A stretch of DNA of 46,288 nt, filler included, from Jimgerdemannia flammicorona (Eukaryota): assembly GCA_003990765.1 (NCBI GenBank). It is 2 parts of 2 records of this genome, joined end to end, with 100 filler letters (N's around TTAATTAATTAA, not from the genome) between each part and the next. Parts side by side here need not be neighbours in the genome. Positions count along the whole stretch, not along the records: positions 23,195 to 46,288 come from RBNJ01001159.1; 1 more part is not named here. One strand, 5' to 3'. Each line of letters opens with the position of its first letter. Position 1 is the stretch's first letter. The notes beneath the pieces were generated by a model. It worked only from the letters and a program-made list of their open reading frames with translations. It was not told the origin of the DNA and made no database searches. Shown here piece by piece: positions 25,536 to 38,283 of the stretch. A program made the position numbers and the translations under genes.

Positions 25536-27906
25536 TATAGAAACCTAATGGAATGCCCTGAATATGCTCAGTAAAGCCTACCAAATTGGACAAATCTCAA
25601 GCTACTACTAGATCAGCCATCTTCTAAAAGATATGATTGAATACTACTATAATATAGATATTACTCAGATATCTCAATATTAGAAATTCATTACTCACAA
25701 ATACTAAGAACTCTTTTATGAGTACAGTACCTTTATTTTCTATCTCTAAGTTATTACTGCTGAAATGGTTGCTACTCTATCCTATGGCCAAATCAATGAT
25801 ATAGTATAAGAACTCAACTATAAGTATATTGAGTATGTTTAGACTATAGACAGAACCTTCTCACATATTGATGACCATATCCTACAAATGCTTCAAGTTA
25901 GATATACCATGAAGAATGTCTATAATATAATCTAGTTCAATAATGATAAAGTAGAAGATAATAATCTCTTCAATACTAATATGATCTCTAGTTAAGGATC
26001 TCTGCTAGTCTTAATCATCCTGTCAATCGTCAATGAACTTACAATAGTTCATAACTCTATTGGAATAATAACCACTAACATAAATACTAATCTATATTCA
26101 TACTCAATTACTTCAACTATAATGAAGAGACTGAAGAATATAATCTGTATCTCCAGACAACTCTTGAGATTAAATTAACAACCCCACATCCTGAGTATAA
26201 ATAAAATGAACTACAACAACTAGTTTATTATAACTCTATAACTCATAATACCATTATCTATTGAAGATATGCAGGTAGCAAATCTGATAAAAGTAAAGAT
26301 AATGTATCTCTTCTCTATCCACCAATACTCTATCTAACATATAATATAGATGATGCCATCTTATAGAATAGTAATATAGTTCCAATCAATTACTATATAA
26401 ATAAACAGAGAGATGTTATCCAAGAACTCTTCTTTCTAAATAACTACTTCATCAGAGATAATATCATTAATAGAGACCTCATTAAAGACTATCCAGATAG
26501 TATATAAATCTATAGATAGCTTAGCAGTCATTAGTATAGTTAGATTAGTCTTGTATAATACATAACTGCATACTGACTTAGTAGTTAGATGATCTCTTGA
26601 TATATCAGTTCACACTTGTACTATATGACTATATTCTAACTTAGCAAGATACTAAGTACTATATTCATATTTAGCATAGTCCAGATAGTCTCTCATTAGT
26701 ATAAATACCTCCTCTCCTAGACCTAGTACTCTGAACAAATGGAGTTGATCTGGATGAGATTCAATTTAGGTTCATTATGTGATGGATTCGAATCAACTCA
26801 GATTGGTCTCATGATCTGATTCAGATTGATCCAGATTGATCCAGATTGATCCATCTGGATTGATCCATCCAGATTGAAATCTTTGGTAACATCATCCTTT
26901 TTTTTATTCATTTTGCTCTTATTTTTTTTTTTCTGTCACACTTTGGTGACATCACTCTTTCCTTTGTTCTCTCTATTTTCTTTGTTCTTTTTCTTTGTTC
27001 TTTCCTATCGCATCATGAGCAAACAAAACAGCAGCCCTTAATTCATATATTGGTCCAGTCTACTCATTTTTCACCCTGTAATGATCATCAAAAGAGGGAG
27101 TATTCGAGGTGGAAATGCACTCTCTGCTGACAATATTAGATTCTTTCTCATATGGGCAGTATACAAGCTGCTCATCGAGAGCCAAAGGGGCAATAGTGGT
27201 AGTGATGGTAATGGCAATGGTAATGGCAGGGATGAGGGTGAATTCTGGCAACAACTCATGGTAGCCCTTCAGCTCACAGCTATGTATGCAGCAGCCTTTT
27301 TGAAACAGCCGGTAGTAGATATAGGTTGCTCTTTTCTGCCACTACTTTTTACTTGTTTAAATTCCCCCAGCATGACCCAATTCATCTTGTGCTCTTCTTA
27401 AGGTCCACAGCTCTATGGTGATATCTGTCAACTTTATTTATAATATCTGGTCAAAATGAAGAAAGATTGGAGAATGTTGCAGGGCATGTCTTTGGTGGCT
27501 GAGCTGTTGAGTCAATGCATTGCATGGCAGAGGTCTCAAAAAGAAACAGAAGCAAGTCTTCATAAGCAATCTTGTACAACTTGTGCAACTCATTGGCATG
27601 CAACTCATTGGTATGCAGCTTACTCACTTACTCACTCATGCTCTTTTTCTGAAATACCCATCTCTATGTTTTATTTAATTTCATTTTTTACATAGTCTCT
27701 TCCTAAAAAACACCCACACCCACATATAATCCACCTGTATGCAACTCGCCTACATACAACCTGTCTGCATACAACCCATCCACATACTTATCTTGATCCC
27801 TCAGATTAGGGCTCAGTTCCATTAGAAAGGAGAGTTCAAAGTTACCCAAGTTCAACCATGTCTGGCATCTAATCAAATAGAGAAATTTAAGGGCAAGATA
27901 TTCAGC

Positions 27907-29094
27907 ATGAGTAGTACTAGCATCATCATCAAGGCTTGGGGGTCTAAATTCAAATCAGAGCCAATCATTCTTGACCAAGGGGTCTATTGGCCAGCAGGAG
28001 TAACCAACAATGAAGAGAACTATATCTTTATTAACGAACACAGAGAGGTGGTTGCAATAGTGGTAAGGAACCTCTACAGTGATGAGCTTCACTACTACAT
28101 CAATAAGATTTGCAAGGATTATATCAAATACCAGATAGCAGGAAAGAGGGGGCGAAAAAAGCAAGAAGGGGGGAGTTTGGACAGGAATTGGGTATACTAC
28201 AATACTGGTGAAGGGTGGGTTCCAGAGTTCTGAAATCCCCCACACTTGTCTCCCTTTTTTTTTACTCCTCCTCAGATAAATCATACTCTTTGCCAACATA
28301 CTCTTTTTGATATAAATCCAGGGATGCACAAGATTCTGTACCTCTACTGGAACTTTAGAAGTGCTGTCAAAGAGCAAACTACATGCAAGCAAAATACAGT
28401 CTGTGTGGCAATGGCAGCTATGATCTGGGGTTCTTTGAGCAGATTGGTAGAGTGTACAGCAGGCTAGCTTGATGGTGATCTTGGTGTAGCTATATGTACA
28501 TTCTTGGTGCAATTTAGTGTATCATATGAGGTGAGGAGCTCTACTTTTTTGGGGTGCTGCAGCCTGGGGGGTTTCTGTGGCCCAGGGGGTTTCTGTGGCC
28601 TGGGGGGTGTCTGCAGCCTGGGGGGTTTCTGCAGCCCAGGGTGGCCCAGGGAGTTTCTGCCCTGTACACAAAAAGGACTGATCAGTTGCCATCCATTTTG
28701 ATAGGTTTCCAAGCTGGGGCTTTCAGGGCTGGATCAAGGACAGGTATTCACCAGCACAGCCTGGCAGTATGAGGTTCTGGGCCAAGAGTTCACCCAACCA
28801 TATACTTGCATCACATCAGAATACATCAGGCACAACCTTTCTCTGCCCACACATACAGACAACAATATCACCCTAGTAATATTTTATGTCCTAGAAAGGA
28901 AGGGCCCAACCTGGGAGGATAGTGGTGGAGTCTGGTATGATCTCACCTATGGTTTCAGGGTCCCATTTGCAGCCAACATGACTGTTCTCTTCCAATCACA
29001 TGACCACTATGGCACCATCACCTTTGAGGAGAGCTCAGATACAACAGTTATCATACTTACAATAGATGATAGACTCATCAAGGCCTGGGACTAG
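27907..29094 (+). pseudogene. Spliced cargo gene, putative 2OG-Fe(II) dioxygenase (TET/JBP-like); exons ~27907-28218, 28276-28530, 28705-29094; one in-frame TAG at 28465
   Basis: All three segments share one frame. Intron 28531-28704 (GTGAGG...CTGAT...TAG) is clear; the first donor is uncertain. The last exon reads ...LPTHTDNNITLVIFYVL...SGGVWYDLTYGFRVPFAANMTVLFQSHDHYGT...LTIDDRLIKAWD*. Confidence 0.6.
28555..28650. repeat. 18 bp G-rich tandem repeat (~5 copies) in the cargo-gene intron
   Basis: Units TGCAGCCTGGGGGGTTTC / TGTGGCCCAGGGGGTTTC. Confidence 0.8.
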
Positions 29095-29446
29095 TGAGTG
29101 GAGCTGTTTTTGTGAGGGTTAGATAATCTTTTATAAGAGATAGGCAGTCTTTCATAAGAGTTAGATAGTCATTTTGTACAGGTTGAGCAGTCTTATGTAG
29201 GGGATTGAGCTGGGTACCTCTTCTGTAATACTAGCTTAGCCATTATGCAGGGCCCTACCAGCCCCTTGGCTCTGCTCTGCAGTGCTGCTGGTGTAGTGCT
29301 ATGGTGCAGGGCCAGGGTGCCCATGGGACCTGAACTGGTGATGGGACCTGAATCTATAGTGGACTTTAACTACCGGAAATGCCCTCTGACTGCCAGAAGC
29401 ACCCTCTAACCACCAGAAGCACCCTCTACCCCAGACTCCTTGGTGG

Positions 29447-30050
29447 CTTGGGGCTGCCCCTATGCTGCTAGTAGAGGGCCGCAAATTTTGCACACTCCCT
29501 TCATCTGTCATACCCATCCCAGACACTTGCAACTTGGGGCTGCCTCTTGCTACTAGCAGAGGGCTGCAAATTTTATGTACTCTCTCACTGACCCCATGCC
29601 TGCCCACTGATCTGGGCACTGACAGCTTGGGGCTGCCCCTCACTGCTGGCAGAGGGCTACAAATTTTGTATACTTTCTCTGCCTGCCCCACTCATCCTGG
29701 ACACTTGTGGCTTGGGGCTGCCCCTTGCTGCTGGTGGAGGGCTGCAAATTTTGCATGCTCTCTCTGCCAACCCTGTGCCCACCAATTCTGCCAACTAACC
29801 CTGCCCACTGACCTGGGTGCTGACAGCTTGGGGCTGCCCCTTGCTGCTGGCAGAGGGCTATAAGTTTTGCACACTCCCTCCACCAATCCCCCCAATCAGG
29901 ATACTTGCGGCTTGGGGCTGTCCCTTGCTGCTGGCGGAGGGCCACAAATTTTGCACACTCTCTCTGCTGACCCACCTACCAACCTAGACACTGACAGCTT
30001 GGGGCTGCCCCTTGCTACTAGTGGAGGACCACAAACATTGTGCACTCCTT
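29447..30050. repeat. Seven-copy repeat array (~50 bp core plus C-rich linkers) inside the hAT element
   Basis: CTTGGGGCTG begins cores at 29447, 29533, 29626, 29711, 29827, 29911 and 29998. Consensus is roughly CTTGGGGCTGCCCCTTGCTGCTGGCAGAGGGCTGCAAATTTTGCACACTC. Confidence 0.92.
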
Positions 30051-30207
30051 CTGCTGCCACTGCCAACCCTGCCAACTGCTGCCCACTTAGGCTACAAACT
30101 CTATACCGAGTCCTTAGGGTTTTTTACCTTTTTATTATTTTTGAAAGGTATTAAATATTCTACAAGGCCAACCAACTTATCTGCGAACCCCCAGGACCTG
30201 CCAAATT

Positions 30208-32958
30208 TTAGCAGCCCAAGCTCCACTAAGACTTCAGATACATATATGCCTAGATTGTCTCAGCATTCAGCATATACCTCTTTGGGATAACGAGGTCCAC
30301 TCCACCTGAGAACACCCACTTGATGGGAGTACTGGAGGCAGGAATTACTAGGTAGTCCCAAGCCATGCCACACAGGCTGGGGAAGTCTGTTTGATGCAGC
30401 TGTATGCCCTAGTAGATAGAGTGGTGGGTAGAGCAGTAGTTAGATTGGTGGGTTAAATTGGCCCAATACCTATCTAACAACCCACCTTCTACTAGTTGAG
30501 CACCTCTGCACCCTCTAGCAGGATCATGCGGTCACTGGCAAGGTAAATGGTAAGTTCATCTATTGATGGCAGCTCTTCTACTGACAGCTCCCTCTTCCTC
30601 TTTCTGCTGAAGTAAATGTGGGATAGGAGGGATCCCTCAGTATATTTATCCAGACTTTGGCCAGAACCTTGCAGTGGTGCATAGTTTTTCCAGTATACTT
30701 CAATTATAGCCTGCTTGGTTCTCTCAATGAAGTGCTGCTCCCAGCCCTGATCTTTATGGTATTGTAGCTTTAAGCGTGGGTCCAGTACTGTTTGAAGGAG
30801 AGGAGAGAGTGAGTTGTTGCAGAGGTTTCTCTGTTTTGGAAGAGGCAATGACCATATGCTGATATCAACATACCTATACTGATTAAGTATACAGTGGTAT
30901 CTATTTGGGAGTAGTACTTTCTGAGCTTGCTAAGAGCAACCTCCACACATCTCTCTGATCCAGGCTCAACCATAAATCACCACAACCCTCTAGCCTGTCT
31001 ACAAGCTTATCCTCTAGCCAGTCAATCAGAAGATTGTTAACTGGTATTGCCGAGCTTATTGTTGGGGTCATTTGTTTGACTATATCCTTCATATAATTGT
31101 TGAAACACTAGCAGTTATATGTGGTGAGGTGTTGCATTGTATAGAGGCAGACAAAATGAGTATAGAGGTAGACAAAATGAGTGTAGAGGCTGACAAAATG
31201 AGTGTGGAGTTAGAGCAATTACCACTTACTTCCAAAACTCTGACAATATTCCTAAGTATGTCTCACTCACTTTCACCTAGAGCCTTGGCCCATATTTCCT
31301 TGTTGGCAGCCACTGTTGAATCTATTGGCTTTTTTTGTTTTTTTTTTTTTAAAATAAATCTTCAATCATCCAAAACAAGTTGCTTCAGCCAACCAAAGAA
31401 AAAAAGGATACATACCACAGCAAACTCTAGTGTGTACTGGATCATTGCAAATGTCGAGTTCCAATATATACAGATGTCCAATATAAGCTCTTTCAGGACT
31501 AAACTAATTGCTCTACACTATACAGTGAATTTGTCTCATCATTGTGGGAATGATCAGACTGTACAACCAGGTTATGCAGCTTGGAAATTATACTCAGAGC
31601 CTCTCTTCTCTCAGATATTTTGTCTATATATGTAAGATAGTCCTGAACAGCAAGGTTCAGTATGTGGGCCTGATATCATATATGACAGCTTTCTATACTG
31701 AAAGCTACATTTTCCTGTTTGAGGCTAGCTATTAAAACTTTGAAAAATGTTGAGTTGTTTGTAGTATTGTCCATCATAGTGGCCAAAATCTGTACTTGAA
31801 ATATTCAGTTGGTGAATTTATGCAAAAATAAATAACCAATAAAATCTGGTTTGGTTTAGGACCTCTCTCAAATGCCAACCTGATGGCAAGCCCCCCTTTT
31901 TTACCTTGGTGGTGATCCCAAGCTCTCAGATACAACTAATAAAAGTATCTGCAATATTGTCTCCAGAATGAGGGCCAGCAAGTTTGATGAAGTCAAGGGT
32001 GAGAGATTTAAGCTACCAATCAAGGTCAATCCAATGACCAGTAATGCCCAGAAATGAAATTGCATTAGGGGATGTCCATGTGTCAATTGTAAACAAAGTT
32101 TTGTCTACTGAATTCTGCTTATTGAATGTGAGGTTAAATTGGTGAGCTCTTTTATATAATTCAGCTTGCAAAGGTCATAGTGCTGCCCTTATTTTACCTG
32201 AAGTATCTGGCAGAGATTGTTGTGCTTCTTCTTATAGGCCTCCAGAACATCTTTATGAATAGTATCGGTACTTGGCAAATATAAATCATGCTTGAGAAGG
32301 CCAAAGATGCTATGCAATTGATCACTCTCAATAGTTGTAAATGGCTGGTCTGTACATATAATCTAGCAAAATAAGCTGATTTTGAAATTCTGCCAAAGAG
32401 TATGGCTAAATATTTTTGATTAAATAGTATTGTTGGTACAGAAATGGTCAGACAATTGGATAAATATACCCACCACAGCTTGTATGTCAATTTTATTTGT
32501 CTCCATGTTCTTTTTGATTTTGTCAGAGTACTTGTCTTTTATATGTCGATTCATATTTGAAGTTATACCCTCAAGTATTTTGAACTTCTGGCTAATACAG
32601 TTCATGGGGGTAGATGAAACAATATCATGTGTGTGTCAAAATAAACAAAAAGTGTCAATAGGTGCATCTTAATTTTTTACCTACAATAATTACAAATAAC
32701 ATCATCTCCTATCTTAGCACAATATTGCCAGATTTTAGAACAAGAATTGTATGGAAGGTGTGGAACTATCAGAGATGTTTGACTTGAAGCATCATCAGTA
32801 CTGTGAACTATTGAAGACTGATCTGTCAATATGTGTGTTTGCATGTTTGTGTATGCATGTGTATGTATATGTATATATTGTATATGCATGTGTGTGTATT
32901 GTGTTGTGGACATGTCCGGCATATGAGTTATGTGGAGGATTTGGATTGGAGGATTCAA
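30208..32958 (-). pseudogene. hAT (Ac-like) transposase pseudogene with introns
   Basis: BED finger SKIWQY...VICNYC / C..KFK...TSNMNRHI. Catalytic region FTIDTWTS..ISFLGITGHWID (~32090) and TMMDNTTN (~31770). Also KLRKYY and VLDPRLKL. Dimerisation domain FPSLCGMAWDYLVIPASSTPIKWVFS, with the catalytic E changed to K. Confidence 0.92.
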
Positions 32959-35394
32959 TTGAAGAATTCAGATGAGAATTCAGATTGAAGGATTCAAATT
33001 AGAGGATTTGAATTGGAGTATTTGAATTGGAGGATTCGGATTGAGTGATTCAGATTGAGTGATTTGGATTGAGTGATTTGGATTGAGTGATTCAGATTGA
33101 GTAATTCGGATTGGGGTGGTTCAGATGGGTGATTCAGATAGGGTGATTCAGAAGAGGTGATTCAGATTAATCCAAGTTAATTTAGATGGCTTCAGATTTG
33201 AGATTCGGATCAAACTGTCATGTGACAAATTGAATCCAGATTTGATTCAAATTGACTCATTTGGAGCACTAATAACTACTCTGACTACAAGAGTTACCCT
33301 TGTAAGAATTTAAGATAAGATAAAAATGTATCTCTCTACATTCTATAGATATACTACTGAAGAGTTAATCCTGACCTTCATTGAAGATTTTGAACAATTT
33401 GCCACTATATGAGCTCTTAATATAAATGCACAATTGGTCCTTCTACTAGTCAGCCTTAGAGGATCTGCCAGAGATAAGTTCAATGTAGTTACTATTACTG
33501 ATGCTAGTACAGTCAGACTTACCAATATGAAGACCTTTCTCAGAACTATATACTATACCAAAGAGATCAAGCAAGCTCTCAAGGATCAACTCAATACTAT
33601 CTGCTAGAGACTTAGTGAAGATCCCAACTCATTCTATACTTGAATCTGCTATCAGATTATCTTGGCTGGCTATGATGATCACCTCAAGGAACAAATAGCA
33701 GATTCAATCTTCCTCAAAAGAGTTCACTCTGAAATTGTCCTAGTAATCTAGTCTACCTCAACTATACTGACCTTTGATCAGAAAGTGGTCTTTGTATAGA
33801 GATATTGGACTGCTAGACACTTTGCTAAACACTCAATAGAGAAAATAACTGATATCAAGATGGAGCCATCAAAGCCAACTAGTATCATACTCACTATAGT
33901 TGTAAACAGATAACCATCTCCACCTACTCCAAGGCAACCAAGACTGACCCAGTGGAGGAACTCACCAAGCAGTTTGCCAAGATGACTATATACCTTAGTA
34001 ATGTTGTTAGAGAAGTCTGAAGTACCAATAGGAGACTGGTATAGAGATTTGTAGCTGCTATAGAAGAATGCAATATCACATACTTCAGATGTAGAGAAGA
34101 AGGCCACTATGCAAAGAGTTGCATGACTGAAACAAGACATAAAGCCCAATCAAGTAATGCTACCAGAACTAGAGAACAAATCAATGCAGTAGTCATTGAG
34201 GAGATTGATGATACTGATGATAAAGAATACTACAAAGAGCCTGAATTCTACTCTGTTACTAAAGGTACCAGAACCTGGTCTAAGCTCTATGACAAGAAGA
34301 GTAACAACAAGCCAGTTGGAAGACTGAAGAAGACTCCAGCTGTCACTATCCAAAGCAAGACCCAACCTGAGAAGATTGATCAAGATATGGAGTTAGATAA
34401 AGCTATCTACTAAATTATTAAAGGCACTACTCTAGTCTCAGGAGAAAGCAAAAGTAAGAAGAACAGAAGCTGCATAAGACCAAGATCCACTAGTATGATA
34501 TCTACAAGAATCTCAAAGAATAGAAGATCAATACTACTTTTGAACAACTAGCTGAAGTCTCTGCCTTCAGACAGCAGTTGAGAGTAGAACTTGCAACCAC
34601 TGCCAAGAACCAAGAATACAAGATTATAGAAGCTCACAATGCACAAGAAGATAATCAAAAAGACTTAGACAAAACATTAGCCTATACTCTATATCAGATT
34701 GAAGATTGTATCTTTGATGCTATCATTGATACTAGTACTAGAGAATGCCTCATGAGCAAGAAGGCAATTGACCACCTAGGCTGGGATATTGAAGAGTCCA
34801 CCAAGATGGTCTATAGTATAGCAGATAGTATACATATAAGCTACTCTTTTTGGTAAAATCTGAGAAGTCTCCATTAAGATAAAAGGAGCTACCATCTCAG
34901 TAGATATGATTGTTATAAGTGCCACCAACTATGATATCCTCATTGACAACTAATGGCTTTATAAGGCCAAGGCCATCATTATCTCAATGCTCAGAAGATG
35001 TAGATTAACTATAGAGGAAGAAAGGTACAAGTCTCTATTAATATCTATAAAAGAGATCTACCAGATATAGAGAAAGGAGATGAAGAGGACACAGAAGTCT
35101 TCATGTACTCAGTGAATAAGAATAAGACACCCAAGCTCACAGATGAGCAGTAGTATAACAAGATTATCAATAGCTATGCCCCTCAAGGAAGATACCCCCA
35201 TGGTATGTACTAGGATGTACTGCTCTGAACATCTGAATAACTGCTGATCCTGTATCAGTGAAGTCAGGAAAATCTATCAATAGAAGTATGAGCAAGAAGC
35301 TGCTGAAGCAAAAAGAAAAACTGAAGAAGATGACCAGCCCCCAGAGCTTCAAGCTGACAGTGATAATGAGGAGAAACAAGAACCAGATATCACC

Positions 35395-35805
35395 CTCAAG
35401 GTCAAGAAGTTTTATCCTGAAGCCAAGATCCCAGAATATAAGACTGAAGGAGCCATAGGAATGGACCTTGTCAATATTCAAGATACTACTCTCAAACCAC
35501 AGACTACCACCCTACTTGGCACCAGAATTGGAGTCAAGTTACCAGAGAACTATACCAGAATTATCAAGACCAGGAGTAGTCTAACCAAAAGTAAAATCTC
35601 AGTTGAAGGAGAAGTAATTGATCCTGATTACACTGGCAAAATCTTTCTCATAGTCAGGAATCACAACTCCACCACCCCATTCAAAGTCAAGAAGCATGAT
35701 AGGATTGGCCAGATACTGATCTACAAAATCAAGAAGCCTAAGATCACTGAAGCCATTGAACTTATCAAGACCAAGAGAGGAGAATAAGGCTTTGGATCTA
35801 CTGGA
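35395..35805 (+). pseudogene. dUTPase domain of element 2
   Basis: Motifs AIGMDL, KTRSSL, EGEVIDPDYTGKI, KKHDRIGQILI and KRGE*GFGSTG. Confidence 0.88.
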
Positions 35806-38283
35806 AGAGGAGCCTATGCTACTATCAAGATTACTGAACTTAAGTATAAGAAAGACAAGAACCAGAATAAGTACATATATATCATTGGAAAAAACTTTCC
35901 TCTAGAAGAACAACTTCTCAAGATCTTATACCAGAATGAAGAAGTACTTGCTACAGACTTCAGGAATATCCACAATCAAGAACCTAAGTACTACTATAAA
36001 GTTGACACTAGTAATATCAAGCCCATTTACTAGAAAGCCAGACCTATACTACCTGTCTATAGAGAATAGCTGTGAGTAGAACTCAAGGAAATAGAAGAAG
36101 CTAGAATCATCAAGCAAGCTATCAGTCCCTGGACTTCATCTATTATCCTTGTCCCAAAGAAAGAAAACAAGCCTAGAGAGTTTGCTCTAAGACTCTGCAT
36201 TGACTACAGGAAGCTCAATGCAATCACCAAGAAGGATAGATAGCCCTTACTAAATATTCAAGAAATCCTTACCACCCTTGGAAGTAAAGCCAAATACTAC
36301 ACTACCTTGGATCTGTTCTCAGGCTTCTATCAGATTGGTCTCACTCAAGATACCAGTGAGAAATCAGTCTTCATCACATCTGATACCACCTATATCTATC
36401 TGTAAATACTATTTAGAATGTGTAATGCCTTAGCAAGTTTTCAGCAAATAATGAACAGAGTCTTTAGTAATGAGATTGAAAAATGGCTCCTTGTCTATAT
36501 TGATAATATGATCATCTTCAGCAATACTGTATGGGAATACAGCTAGCCCTCAAGAAGCTCAAGAAGTATGGCCTTTACATCAAACCCAAGAAGTGTAAGT
36601 TTGCAGCTCAGAAAATTGTCTACCTAGAATACCTCATCAACTAGACTGGAATTCACACAGATCCCATAAATATTGAGGCTGTTGCAGCCTATCCAAGACC
36701 CAGAACAACTACAGAAGTTCATGCCTTCCTTGGACTAGCCTCTTACTACAGAAGATTCATCAAAGAATACTTCAATATTATAGCACCTATCTATGAGCTA
36801 CTGAAGAAGGAGGCCAAATTTGAATAGACTAAGAAATACTAAGAAATCTTCCATAAACTCAAGACCAGGTTGACTTAAGCACCCATTCTCAGAAGACCAG
36901 ATTGGAACCTAGAGTTCATCTTACAGACAGATGCAAGTACTATAGGACTTGGAGCAGTCCTAGCTCAGAAGAAAGATAGATATGAATATGTCATCTCTTA
37001 TACAAGCTGAGATATCTGTAGAGCAGAACAGAACTATGAGTTATATAAGCTTGAATGCTTAGCAGTAGTTTGGACAGTAAACAAGTTCCACTACTACCTA
37101 GCCAGAAAATACTTCACTATTCAAATAGACCATTCTGCTTTTGTCTGGCTATTCCATACTCTGAACCCCAAAGAAATATATACCAGATAGATCTACAGGC
37201 TGCAAGAGTATGACTGTACTATCAAGCACCACTCAGAAAGAACCAATGCCAATGCTGATGCACTCTCAAGGATACTCCAAAACACCCCCATTAAGACTAT
37301 TCAATATGAATAAGGAGTTATACTATAGATTAATTAGCTATCTTAGATAGTAGAAGATGTCTAACTATCTCAAACTCTGGATAATCACTATCATCAACTG
37401 GACTTAGAAACAGTTTGAACTAGATAACACTACACTCAGAAAAGGAGAAAAGCTTGTAATACCTGAACACAAGAAGTATCAAGTAATGAAGGAAGTATAT
37501 GAACAAGGACATCTAAGAGGAACCAATATATACAATAAGGCAAAAAGAACTATATGGTGGCCCAAGATGAAAGAAGACCTATACCAATTTGTCAAAGAGT
37601 GTGACAAGTGCTAAAAACAAAAACAAGATTAGTAAGACCAGATACCTGGGTCATCAAGAATTGAGCCTATCCTCTTCCACCATATTATAATAAATATCAT
37701 TGGGCCACTACCAGTAATACTATTAGAAAACTACTACATTATAGTTATTGTAGACCTCTTTACCAAATAGATATGTAGAAGTAAGAGTATTACAAGAAAC
37801 CAATACTCTCTCTATAGCCAACTTCCTATACTGAGAAATCATCTGCCACTACAAGATACCAAAGCAAATTACCACAGACTACAGCACAGAATTTGTCAAT
37901 GGATTCTATAAGATAATATATCAGAAATATAAGATTTAGCATATCAAGACCACTGTATACCACCCTCAAGGAAATGGATAGACAGAGAGAACCAATAAGA
38001 CCCTCAAGAACATCCTGGTGAAGATCTCAGACATATACGAGAATTAGAATAACTACCTCTCAACTGTCCTCTCTATCCTATGAGACATATAGTTACAGAG
38101 TACACACATAATCCTAAGAGAACTGCTCTTTGGAGAAAAAGATTCCAACAGAACCTCAGCTACAAATCTAGACCTAACTTGGAGACAGATTGACTCAGAA
38201 ATCTGGAGACTATACCAAATCAGGAAGAAGGCTGAAGATTACATCATCAAGTCACAAGCACTGATAAGAAAGAATACAGAAAA

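Larger units (their letters stand above)
26724..33271 (-). mobile_element. 6.5 kb hAT DNA transposon with transposase pseudogene and cargo
   Basis: Termini TAGTACTCTGAA / TTTGGAGCACTA, subterminal GATT-type arrays at both ends, and a hAT transposase on the minus strand. Both ends have homologues at 17760 and 21292. No matching TSD. Confidence 0.85.

Noticed and set aside
29447..30050. True CRISPR array
   Set aside because: The linkers are related to each other in two alternating classes, the cores are degenerate, there are no cas genes, and the context is a eukaryotic transposon.
29299..30290. Overlapping 67-133 aa ORFs on both strands
   Set aside because: They arise from the GC-rich repeat array and show no protein-like motifs.
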